A stretch of DNA of 64,000 nucleotides from the NCBI GenBank assembly GCA_033812795.1, contig JAPXSY010000004.1, positions 20,768 to 84,767 of the forward strand. The letters are read 5' to 3'. The stretch is from Kiritimatiellia bacterium. GTDB taxonomy: Bacteria > Verrucomicrobiota > Kiritimatiellia > RFP12 > UBA1067. A program made the translations under genes and the position numbers. The first letter of the stretch is position 1, and each line of letters opens with the position of its first letter. Of this stretch, positions 39,552-47,262 are shown piece by piece. The notes under the pieces were generated by a model. That model did no database searches. It was given only the letters and a program-made list of their open reading frames with translations, and was not told the DNA's origin.

Positions 39552-40457
39552 TCACACATCGCGTTTGCGGAAGCACGCATGCCCTGCCAGCAGATAAACG
39601 AAGCCGAGGGTCACCAGCGTGACGCCGCCGGACACCAGCGGCGGCACCGACCGGCGCCAAAGGCACATTTTATACCCGTCGGGCAGCAGCATGCCGATCG
39701 CGGGCAGCATCGCGCGCCAGCCGCTCTCGCCGCTGAAATGCCGGATCAGGATCGAGAGCACGAAGCAGAGGGTGATCGCGAGGATGCCCAGCACCGTTGC
39801 GCGGCTGGCCGAACGGGTCAGATGGGAGAGGCCCATCGCCAAGCCGAGGAACGGGAAGGAATAGAGCCAGGCGCGCGCGGACCACTGCACGATGTTGAGC
39901 AGCAGGCCGGGCGCGCCCGATCCCGCTAACCGGAAGCGGGCTACCGCATAGGCGCCGAGCCCGCTCAACAGCAGCGCGAGTCCGATCATCATCGTCTGCC
40001 CTAGAAATTTACCGACCGACCATCCGGCACGCGAGATCCGGACGATGGTGTATCGAACCGATCCAGAGCCGATTTCCTCGGCGATGCGGTTGCCGGCCAC
40101 CAGCACCACCAGCAGCGGGGTGTAAAAAAAGGCGAAAAAGGCGTAGATCAGTTCTGCAGGATGTTTGCCGGTGATGTCTTGCAGAACCAGATCGTTCCGG
40201 GTCATCTGACGCATCATGCGCTGAAAGGGCTTGGATTTCCAGAGGGCGGTGGAGATCACGCCCGCACGCTCGGACGCTGGCAACTGCAGTGCCGTGGCAA
40301 GTTCGTTTTCCAGCCGGTGCAGCAGGTTGATCGACCAGTGCATGTTGCAGAGGGCGGCGGCCATGTAAAGCAACAGCACCACCAGCGCGCGGCGACTGCG
40401 CAGGGCGTCTAACCCCTCGTGGACGGCCACCAGTCCGATGTCGCGCAACGCTTTCAC
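39552..40457 (-). CDS. ABC-2 family transporter permease
   Basis: 301 aa, about 6 TM helices, immediately upstream of the ATPase with a 2-nt gap. Confidence 0.75.
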   Translation of the reverse strand: MKALRDIGLVAVHEGLDALRSRRALVVLLLYMAAALCNMHWSINLLHRLENELATALQLPASERAGVISTALWKSKPFQRMMRQMTRNDLVLQDITGKHPAELIYAFFAFFYTPLLVVLVAGNRIAEEIGSGSVRYTIVRISRAGWSVGKFLGQTMMIGLALLLSGLGAYAVARFRLAGSGAPGLLLNIVQWSARAWLYSFPFLGLAMGLSHLTRSASRATVLGILAITLCFVLSILIRHFSGESGWRAMLPAIGMLLPDGYKMCLWRRSVPPLVSGGVTLVTLGFVYLLAGHACFRKRDV

Positions 40458-41224
40458 CGCGGCATCCCCCGGGGGTGGCGCCGCGTGCCGCGCGGCATGT
40501 CGCGGAGTTTGTCCTGCACGGCGATCAACGGCTCGCCCACGCCGGGATCGATGAAATCGGTCAACTCCATGTGGCTCGTTTCGTCCTGCCGGTCTTGCGG
40601 GACGAAGGAGGCCAACGTGTCATAGGTCTCGACCATGACGGCGGTCATCTCGTTCATGACCCGTGTGCCGGCTTCGGGTGTGAGCGGATCGCCGGACTCC
40701 AGCCGGTCGGCAAAGCGTTGCAGTGCGTCATAGAGGTTCTCGTTCATCAGATCGATCGTCTCGTCGAACAGCGGGGTTTGCGCCTCCGTCAGGTTAAGGC
40801 GCGCGATCCACTGCGAGCGCGCGATATCGACGCGCGTCCGCCACAACTCTTTGGCCTCGTCGATCCGGGCGCGCAGGTCCTCGGGCGCCGGTGCCGTGCG
40901 TTGGGGCGTTGCGTCCGGCGGCGTCGTTGCGTCCGGCGGCGTTGTGTCCGGCGCATTGGTGACGGGAGACGCGTTAGCCGTCTTATTGGTGGAAAGGGAG
41001 GACCGGTTGGGGTCGGTTGTCCGGGGGCGCTCGGCACGGGCGCGGTCCGGGATTTGCACCCACCGCGTGAGGGTGTCCACGCGCGTGTTTTTTTCCTGTG
41101 CGGCGAGGCGTTTCTCCAAGTCCGCGATTTTACGGCGCGCGTCGAGCAGATCCGATTTCGGTCCCCAGGCCCCGATGAGCAGTCCCAGCAGCAACACGGC
41201 CGGCAAAAAGAGGAAAGCCTTCAT
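40454..41224 (-). CDS. membrane-anchored hypothetical protein with coiled coil and Pro/Thr-rich linker
   Basis: The ATG at 41224 gives MKAFLFLPAVLLLGLLIGAWGP (signal anchor), then IADLEKRLAAQEK, then the PDTTPPDATTPPDATPQ repeat. The 4-nt overlap with the permease gene suggests one operon. The track start 41644 is a 140-aa Arg/His-rich extension. Confidence 0.6.
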   Translation of the reverse strand: MKAFLFLPAVLLLGLLIGAWGPKSDLLDARRKIADLEKRLAAQEKNTRVDTLTRWVQIPDRARAERPRTTDPNRSSLSTNKTANASPVTNAPDTTPPDATTPPDATPQRTAPAPEDLRARIDEAKELWRTRVDIARSQWIARLNLTEAQTPLFDETIDLMNENLYDALQRFADRLESGDPLTPEAGTRVMNEMTAVMVETYDTLASFVPQDRQDETSHMELTDFIDPGVGEPLIAVQDKLRDMPRGTRRHPRGMPR

Positions 41225-41311
41225 ACGTGGATGATACACCAGACGGATACCGGGCGATAAGCGAAAAGTTTGCGTTTGCGGGGGCGCGTCCGGTTCGGCT
41301 ATGATACATGC

Positions 41312-41623
41312 ATGAACCGATGGATCACCCTCTGTATGTTGTGCGTCATGATGGTCACGGGATGCCGCGTGTCGGATGTCCGGACTCATGTGGTCCGGGT
41401 GCCGGGGATGGCGAAGCAGGAAGATGCGGAGCAAATCCGGAAAGCGCTGCTCCCGCTGAACGGTTTGCAGCAGGACAAAACGGTCTTCGATCTGAGCCAG
41501 CGCAAGGTTACCGTGACGTACGATTCCATGATGATCGCGCACAAGAACATCGAGATCGCGATTGCGGAAGCGGGATATACCGCGAATACCATTCCGGCAA
41601 TCCGTCCCGCTTCCTCCAAGTAG
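41312..41623 (+). CDS. HMA-fold (heavy-metal-associated-like) lipoprotein lacking the CxxC motif
   Basis: MNRWITLCMLCVMMVTGC lipobox. VVRVPGMAKQEDAEQIRKALLPLNGL…VTVTYDSMMIAHKNIEIAIAEAGY follows the ferredoxin-like HMA pattern, but GMxCxxC is replaced by GMAKQED. Confidence 0.6.
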   Translation: MNRWITLCMLCVMMVTGCRVSDVRTHVVRVPGMAKQEDAEQIRKALLPLNGLQQDKTVFDLSQRKVTVTYDSMMIAHKNIEIAIAEAGYTANTIPAIRPASSK

Positions 41624-41633
41624 GAGCGCGGCT

Positions 41634-42524
41634 ATGCGCGACACCGTGGCGCTGTATCTCGATCATCTCGCCTGCGAGCGCGGGCTTGCCGCCAACACCC
41701 GCGCTGCGTACGCGCGCGACCTTGCCGCGTTCGGCGCGTTTCTGGAAGACCGCGGGATCACGGCGGCCGGGGCGGTCACGCGCGAGCAGGTGCTCGCTTT
41801 TCTCGACTCGCAGGCCCGTCTGAAGCTGAGCCCCGCGACGCGGGGACGACGGCTCGTCGCCTTGAAAGGGTTCTTCGCCTTTCTCCGCGCGGAAGGGATC
41901 GTGTCTTCAGAGGTGACGGAGGGCATGTCCGGTCCGGCCAAGGGATTGCGTCTTCCGCACACGCTTTCGGAGGAGGAGATTGTCCGGTTGGTCGAGTCCG
42001 TTCGGGGGACGTCGGTGTACGATTTGCGCGACCGGGCCATGCTGGAGTTGTTTTACGCCTGCGGACTGCGCGTGTCGGAAGGGATTTCACTGCGTGTCGA
42101 GGATCTCCGGTTTGACGAGTCGGTGGTGTGGTGCATCGGTAAAGGCGACAAGCAGCGCGCGGTTCCCTTGGGCAGTTCGGCGCGGCAGGCGTTGGAACGC
42201 TATCTGGACGGTTCGCGCCCGTGGTTCGCGCGAAACGCGGCGGCGGAGCGGCATCTGTTCCTCACCCGGCTTGGCGCGCCGTTCACGCGGCAGGGTGTGT
42301 TTGACATGCTGGTCAAACGCGCGCGGGCTGCGGGTGTCGGGGAGGCGTTCTCGCCGCATGTGCTGCGACACTGCTTCGCGAGTCACCTGCTGGCGCACGG
42401 TGCGCCGCTGCGGGCGATTCAGGAGATGTTGGGTCACGCGGATATCGCGACCACCCAGATTTACACGCACATCGACGAAGGCCAAGTGGTCCGCACCCAT
42501 GCCCGGTTTCACCCGCGACACTGA
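41634..42524 (+). CDS. xerD: tyrosine recombinase XerD/XerC
   Basis: LYLDHLACERGLAANTRAAYARDLAAF core-binding domain. Catalytic ARLKLSPATRGRR…, HVLRHCFASHLL, GHADIATTQIYTH (R-H-R-Y set). Confidence 0.9.
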   Translation: MRDTVALYLDHLACERGLAANTRAAYARDLAAFGAFLEDRGITAAGAVTREQVLAFLDSQARLKLSPATRGRRLVALKGFFAFLRAEGIVSSEVTEGMSGPAKGLRLPHTLSEEEIVRLVESVRGTSVYDLRDRAMLELFYACGLRVSEGISLRVEDLRFDESVVWCIGKGDKQRAVPLGSSARQALERYLDGSRPWFARNAAAERHLFLTRLGAPFTRQGVFDMLVKRARAAGVGEAFSPHVLRHCFASHLLAHGAPLRAIQEMLGHADIATTQIYTHIDEGQVVRTHARFHPRH

Positions 42525-42662
42525 CCGGTTGCGCGCGATAAGGTTCAAGGGGCGCCTGCGGTTTTTCGCGGGTTTTTCGTTTTTGTGGTTGCTTCTTTAA
42601 CAAAAAAGGCTATGTTGTGGACTGTTGTGGGGTTTTTCCCATTAACGAAAAGGAGTTAACGT

Positions 42663-42962
42663 ATGGCTAAAAAGGCAACGCCCAAGACGAAAAGCGAAAT
42701 CATGGCCGCTCTGGCCGCGGCTGGTGAGATCAGCAAAAAGCAGGCAAGCACGGTGTATGAAGCTCTGTTGAAGATCGCCTACACTGGCGCTAAAGATCCC
42801 AAGGGCATTATGCTCCCGGGGCTCGGCAAACTGATCAAGGTCAAGCGCGCCGCCCGTAAGGGCCGCAATCCCGCCACCGGCGCGGAGATCAAGATCCCCG
42901 CGAAGACGGTTGTGAAATTCCGTCTGGCGAAAGCCGCCAAGGACGCAGTGCTTGGCAAATAA
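42663..42962 (+). CDS. hup: HU/IHF-family DNA-binding protein
   Basis: 99 aa, …KKQASTVYEALLKIA…RKGRNPATGAEIKIPAKTVVKFRLAKAAKDAV. AAGGAG lies 7 nt upstream. Confidence 0.93.
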   Translation: MAKKATPKTKSEIMAALAAAGEISKKQASTVYEALLKIAYTGAKDPKGIMLPGLGKLIKVKRAARKGRNPATGAEIKIPAKTVVKFRLAKAAKDAVLGK

Positions 42963-42989
42963 CGCCTCGCACAAGCGATGGCTTTACGT

Positions 42990-43026
42990 GACACCGCATT
43001 GTTCGATGCGGTGTCTTTCTTTTTTC
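42990..43026 (+). terminator. rho-independent terminator after hup
   Basis: Perfect 10-bp stem GACACCGCAT / ATGCGGTGTC with loop TGTTCG, followed by TTTCTTTTTTT. Confidence 0.85.
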
Positions 43027-43028
43027 AT

Positions 43029-43080
43029 CAGAAACGCATGATCTTCACGTTCTCTCCCATCACGAACCCATTGCCATTAC
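43029..43080. repeat. solo degenerate copy of the MITE end module
   Basis: CAGAAACGCATGATCTTCAC… matches 50877-50898 (CAGAAACGCATGATCTTCGCAC) and 34389-34410. The downstream part, …CCCATCACGAACCCATTGCC, is a diverged version of CCCCTGTCACGAGCCGATTAC. Confidence 0.6.
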
Positions 43081-43214
43081 GCTTTATGTTGTGTGCGGGT
43101 TTTTGCTAAGCTGATGGCGATGCGGGCGGAAGGCGGTGGTTTTCCCGGAGCGGGCAACACGGGGTATTGTGCGACCGCCGGGATTCGGGTCCGGCAGAAG
43201 GGGGAGGCGTGCGG

Positions 43215-44099
43215 ATGCAACGGTTGGAGGAGCGGGTTCAAGAGGGTGTGCTGGTATGTGACGGGGCGATGGGGACCGAACTCCACCGGTTGGGACTTGC
43301 GCCGGGCGAATGCCCCGAACAGTGGTGCCTCGATCATCCCGAAAAGGTGCGGGCAGTGCATCAGGCGTACCGCGAGGCGGGCAGCGCGATTGTGGAAACC
43401 AATACCTTTGGCGGGAACCGCTATAAACTCGCGCATTACGGTTTGGAGTCGGCGGTTGAGGCGATCAACCGCGCGGGCGCGGCTCTGGCGCGGGAGGTGG
43501 CGGGAGACACGCAATGGGTGATGGCGAGTCTGGGTCCCACCGGTGTTTTTCTGGAGCCGTATGGCGAGGAGAGCGAACAGGCCTTCTATGACGCCTTTGC
43601 CGCGCAGGCCCGCGCGTTCGAAGCCGGAGGCGCGGATGCGGTGGTCGTGGAAACCATGATGGCTGTCGAAGAGTGTTGCGTGGCTGTGCGCGCCGTGCGG
43701 GAAAACACGCGGCTCACCTGCATCGCGAGTTTCACTTTCGATCCGCAGCCGGATGGCGGCTATGCCTCGATGATGGGGGTCACGCCGGAGCAGTTCGCGG
43801 CGCAGGCGCAGGCGGCTGGCGCGCAGATCCTTGGCGCGAACTGCGGGACGGGGACGGATCACATGATCGCGATCATCCGGCGTCTGCGCGCGGTCGCCGG
43901 GGTTCCGCTGATCGCCATGCCGAACGCGGGGATGCCGATGCTGGTCAGGGGCGAAACGGTTTTTCCCGAAACGCCGGATGAGATGGCGGCTCAGGTCGGG
44001 TGCCTGGTGGAGGCGGGAGCCTCGATTGTCGGTGGCTGTTGCGGCACCACGCCCGCGCATATCGCGGCCATCGCGGCCGCGCTGAACGCACGGCGCTGA
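43215..44099 (+). CDS. homocysteine S-methyltransferase family protein (stand-alone Hcy-binding domain, MmuM/MetH-N-like)
   Basis: LVCDGAMGTEL, …ETNTFGGN…, GANCGTG and GGCCGTTPAHI zinc-ligand cysteines. About 295 aa with no pterin or B12 domains following. Confidence 0.85.
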   Translation: MQRLEERVQEGVLVCDGAMGTELHRLGLAPGECPEQWCLDHPEKVRAVHQAYREAGSAIVETNTFGGNRYKLAHYGLESAVEAINRAGAALAREVAGDTQWVMASLGPTGVFLEPYGEESEQAFYDAFAAQARAFEAGGADAVVVETMMAVEECCVAVRAVRENTRLTCIASFTFDPQPDGGYASMMGVTPEQFAAQAQAAGAQILGANCGTGTDHMIAIIRRLRAVAGVPLIAMPNAGMPMLVRGETVFPETPDEMAAQVGCLVEAGASIVGGCCGTTPAHIAAIAAALNARR

Positions 44100-44128
44100 A
44101 TCGCAAACGGGAGGGGGAGAAAAGTCCG

Positions 44129-45250
44129 ATGTTGTATTGGATCGCACCGTATCTGACGGCGAGCTGGGGGCCGTTCCGGCTGTTCTCGTCGCATCTGATG
44201 TTGTTGGCCGCTGGCACATTGGCAGGCGGAATAGTCGTGTGGCTCCTGTTGCCGCGCCTGTGGTCGCGCCTGCCGACCGACCGGGGCAAAAGCCTGGCTG
44301 CGGACGGCGGGTTGAAATCGGCTGGAAAACCGACCGGGGCGGGGCTGTTGCTCGCCCTGTTGCTGTTGCCGGTGCTTGCGGTTTTCGTGCCGATGGGGCG
44401 TTGGGAGGCGGGGGTGGTGGCGTGCCTTTACGCAAGCATGGTTTTCGGGTTCCTCGATGACCGCAGCATGTGCCCGTGGGGCGAGTGGAAAAAGGGTATA
44501 CTGGATCTGGTGGTGGCGTTGGCTGCGGCGCTCTGTCTGTATCAGGGGCAGGGTTCCCTGTTGTGGATGCCGTTCTTCAAATCCACGCTGACCCTGCCTC
44601 CGGCGCTTTATGTGACGGGGGCCGCAGCGCTCTTGTGGTTCACGATGAACGCAACGAACTGTTCGGATGGGGTGGACGGCCTTGCCGGTTCGCTGACCCT
44701 GCTGTCGCTGTTCGCGCTCGCCGGGTTTCTCTACGGGGTGATCGGGTATCGGCCGATCGCCGAATATCTGCTGATTCCGCACAATCCTGATGGCGCGCGC
44801 TGGGCGATTTTGGTGGCGACGGTGGCCGGTTCGCTGGCCGGATATCTGTGGCACAATGCCGAGCCGAGCCGGGTGCTGATGGGCGACGCCGGATCGCGCC
44901 TGCTGGGTATGCTGGTAGGGGTGGCCGTGTTGGTGGCGGGCAATCCCTTTCTGATCGTGGTGGTCTCGCCAGTGGTGTTGGTCAACGGCGGCACGGGTCT
45001 GTTCAAGCTGATTCTGCTGCGCACGCTCCGGTGGGCTGGTTTTGACGTGCGGCCGCCGCAGACGCTTCCGCAGGAGGCGGCTGCGCGGCAGCTCGCGCCG
45101 GTGAAAATGCTGCACCGGATCCGCTTCCCGTTGCATGACCACTGCCGCAGGAATCTGCACTGGAGTAATGCCCAGGTGCTGATGCGTTTCGTTCTGATTC
45201 AGGCGTTCCTTACGCCGCTGCTGTTTGTGATTCTGATCAAGATCCGGTAA
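44129..45250 (+). CDS. MraY/WecA-family polyprenyl-phosphate sugar-phosphate transferase (divergent MraY paralog)
   Basis: 10-TM-like protein with FGFLDDRS (DD motif), GKPTGAGLLL (compare GTPTMGG), NATNCSDGVDGLAG (NxxNxxDGxDGLA), PLHDH (compare the MraY HHH motif). Start ATG at 44129. Confidence 0.8.
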   Translation: MLYWIAPYLTASWGPFRLFSSHLMLLAAGTLAGGIVVWLLLPRLWSRLPTDRGKSLAADGGLKSAGKPTGAGLLLALLLLPVLAVFVPMGRWEAGVVACLYASMVFGFLDDRSMCPWGEWKKGILDLVVALAAALCLYQGQGSLLWMPFFKSTLTLPPALYVTGAAALLWFTMNATNCSDGVDGLAGSLTLLSLFALAGFLYGVIGYRPIAEYLLIPHNPDGARWAILVATVAGSLAGYLWHNAEPSRVLMGDAGSRLLGMLVGVAVLVAGNPFLIVVVSPVVLVNGGTGLFKLILLRTLRWAGFDVRPPQTLPQEAAARQLAPVKMLHRIRFPLHDHCRRNLHWSNAQVLMRFVLIQAFLTPLLFVILIKIR

Positions 45251-45260
45251 GGAGGACTCT

Positions 45261-45965
45261 GTGGCGACTGTCATGCTGATCTTTCTGGGTGCGCGGGACC
45301 GGCTGTTGGCGGACGGGGTCGCAACGCTTGCCGCCCATGCGGGTGTGCCGCCGGAAACGGTTGTGCAGCTTACGGATCTGGCGGAACAGGCGTTGCCGCG
45401 CGGGCGGGAGCAAATCCGGGCGCGGTTCCGCGGCGAGGAGCCGCTGGTGATCGGATGTTCGCGGCCGCGCGCCGTGCGGGCGCTGCTCGATTTCGCCGGG
45501 GTCGACACCACGGCGCGACCCATTGAATGGGTTGCGCTGCCGTTTGACCGCGAGGCGCTCCGGCGGGAATCTGGCGTGCCGTGGTATCCGGTGATCGACC
45601 GCACGCTCTGCACGGGGTGCGGAACCTGCCGCGAGTATTGCCTCTTTTCCGTGTATGGCCGGACGCCCGGGGAGCAGGGCGTGGGTCCGGTTCGTGTGGT
45701 CGAACCGTTGTACTGCAAAACCGGATGTCCCGCCTGCGCGCGGCTCTGTCCGGTCGGCGCACTGATCTTCCCGTTCTGTCCTGAAGCGGAACTGAATGGC
45801 GAAATCGAGACGCCCGCGCCGCAGTCCAACGCTGATTTGAAACGTCAACTGGGGGAAGACCCCCTGCGGCTTTTGACCGAGCGCCGTAAACGCAGAGGGT
45901 TGCTTGACCTGTCCAAGTTCGAACAGGCTGAGGAAGACCGCATCCGTCATTCCGGTGTGCTGTGA
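45261..45965 (+). CDS. 4Fe-4S dicluster-domain protein
   Basis: CTGCGTCREYC and CKTGCPACARLCP cluster motifs in the centre of a 234-aa protein. GTG start 10 nt after the MraY-like stop. Confidence 0.65.
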   Translation: MATVMLIFLGARDRLLADGVATLAAHAGVPPETVVQLTDLAEQALPRGREQIRARFRGEEPLVIGCSRPRAVRALLDFAGVDTTARPIEWVALPFDREALRRESGVPWYPVIDRTLCTGCGTCREYCLFSVYGRTPGEQGVGPVRVVEPLYCKTGCPACARLCPVGALIFPFCPEAELNGEIETPAPQSNADLKRQLGEDPLRLLTERRKRRGLLDLSKFEQAEEDRIRHSGVL

Positions 45966-46058
45966 GCGGTCGTTCCGTTCCGCGCGTTCGGCGGATGAAT
46001 ACGGAATTGACCTCTCTGTCATGGTGGGGTACGGTATCACAAAACCAGACGGAGTGAC

Positions 46059-47048
46059 ATGTCGCGATCCGGTCATCACCATCATCATCACCGTAATTCT
46101 GTGCGCGCGGAGCGTTCTAAACGAACGGTCGCAGGGGTGCGGACGTCACGTCGTCTTTCCGGCGGCAGAAGGGCGGCCTCGCTTTGTCTGGCTTTTGCGC
46201 TGGCGGGACTCTTCTGCATTGTGGCCGGGGAAGCGGTGCATCACGATCGGACGACCTCCGGGGCGGTAGGCCTGAACATCGCGGCGGGGTTCGCCATCGC
46301 CTTATCTCTTGCGCTGGGACTGATCGCGGTGGCGGTGCAGCAGCGGCAATGGAGCCGTCGTGCGCGTAACCGGCTGGTCCTCGGTTTTCCGATCGCGTTG
46401 CTGAGTCTGCTGATGCTGGTGGTGGATGCCGCGAGCCGGGGCTCGGCCCGCGGCGGACTGGGGAAAGCGGGGCCGTCCCCTTCGGCGTTGGCCTCGCCGG
46501 AGCCGGTCCGCCTCGCGCCGCTCTTCCAGTCTGGTTGGTACGGGGAGGCGCATCAGGACGGATTGCTGTTGGTCGTCACCTCCTTTCACACGAATTCAGT
46601 GGAGAGTCGGGCGTTCAACCGCGCATTGCGCAAGCCGGTCTCCTACGCCACGCTCTCGGTGATCAATCTGGGGAGCGCGGCACCGGTGGTGCTGAGACGT
46701 GCGGAGGTTTTTTTCCTGCTCGACTCCGGCGAAACCCAGTCGAGTCTGGAGGTTAAGCCACTGCTCGCCCCTCATTCGGAGCACGCTGCCCTGCGTAAAC
46801 GGCTTGCCGTACCGCGCGAAGTGAAAGGCGGCGGCATGGTGGCGGATCTGCCGATCTGCGTGGAACGCGATTTCCCTTGGGAACGGGTGGCGGCGGTGCT
46901 CGTTTCGCTGCATGACCGGACCTGCACAATCCCGGGCCGGATGATGACGGAAAAAGAGAAACGGGCGCTGTTGGAACAAAACACGGAACGCGCGTCTACG
47001 GCAAACGCCACCAACCGGGATGCCGAAGCTTGGTTCAAACACCTCTAA
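46059..47048 (+). CDS. hypothetical membrane protein with N-terminal His6 tract
   Basis: MSRSGHHHHHHRNS…, then three predicted TM helices (ASLCLAFALAGLFCIVAG, LNIAAGFAIALSLALGLIAVAV, LVLGFPIALLSLLMLVV), then a soluble C-terminal domain. Confidence 0.6.
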   Translation: MSRSGHHHHHHRNSVRAERSKRTVAGVRTSRRLSGGRRAASLCLAFALAGLFCIVAGEAVHHDRTTSGAVGLNIAAGFAIALSLALGLIAVAVQQRQWSRRARNRLVLGFPIALLSLLMLVVDAASRGSARGGLGKAGPSPSALASPEPVRLAPLFQSGWYGEAHQDGLLLVVTSFHTNSVESRAFNRALRKPVSYATLSVINLGSAAPVVLRRAEVFFLLDSGETQSSLEVKPLLAPHSEHAALRKRLAVPREVKGGGMVADLPICVERDFPWERVAAVLVSLHDRTCTIPGRMMTEKEKRALLEQNTERASTANATNRDAEAWFKHL

Positions 47049-47262
47049 GCCGTGATTTGAATAACCGGCGGTTGCCCTTTCCGGTGCCCGGTTTTAGGTT
47101 TACGAGGCTTGCCAAGACTTACCGTGTTTTGCGATACTAACCCCGTACAGAGTTGAGTAGCCGGTAATGGGCGAGGGTGGTACGGCTACCGGCCGTTGTA
47201 GGCGACAGGGGTTAGGCGGTTTCAACGATGTCGGTAACGGATAATACGGAAAGGAAGTGCGC

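Noticed and set aside
41225-41644. Long N-terminal extensions in the ORF track (40454..41644, 19932 start for uvrA, 30771..33284, 34503, 36515, 38698, 39666, 44000, 61000 starts)
   Set aside because: The extensions are Arg/His/Gly-rich, overlap neighbouring genes or repeat regions, and precede internal ATGs that give canonical N-termini, signal peptides or ATGA coupling. The shorter gene models are preferred.
41634-42524. Tyrosine recombinase as marker of an integrated mobile element
   Set aside because: The sequence has the XerD-type N-terminal and catalytic motifs and sits among housekeeping genes, with no flanking att-like direct repeats, phage genes or compositional shift visible. Treated as the chromosomal dimer-resolution recombinase.
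43081-43214. Possible SAM/SAH or cobalamin riboswitch upstream of the homocysteine methyltransferase gene
   Set aside because: No B12 box (GCCACTG-like) or SAM-I/SAH consensus elements were seen. Only generic GC-rich pairing is present. An Rfam scan is needed.
43991-45829. 612-aa minus-strand ORF opposite the MraY-like and ferredoxin genes; similarly 48367..49926 (519 aa), 9334..10422 (362 aa), 11393..12397 (334 aa), 1151..2341 (396 aa)
   Set aside because: Same reasoning: low-complexity Arg/Pro/His-rich shadow frames opposite ORFs with recognisable family motifs.
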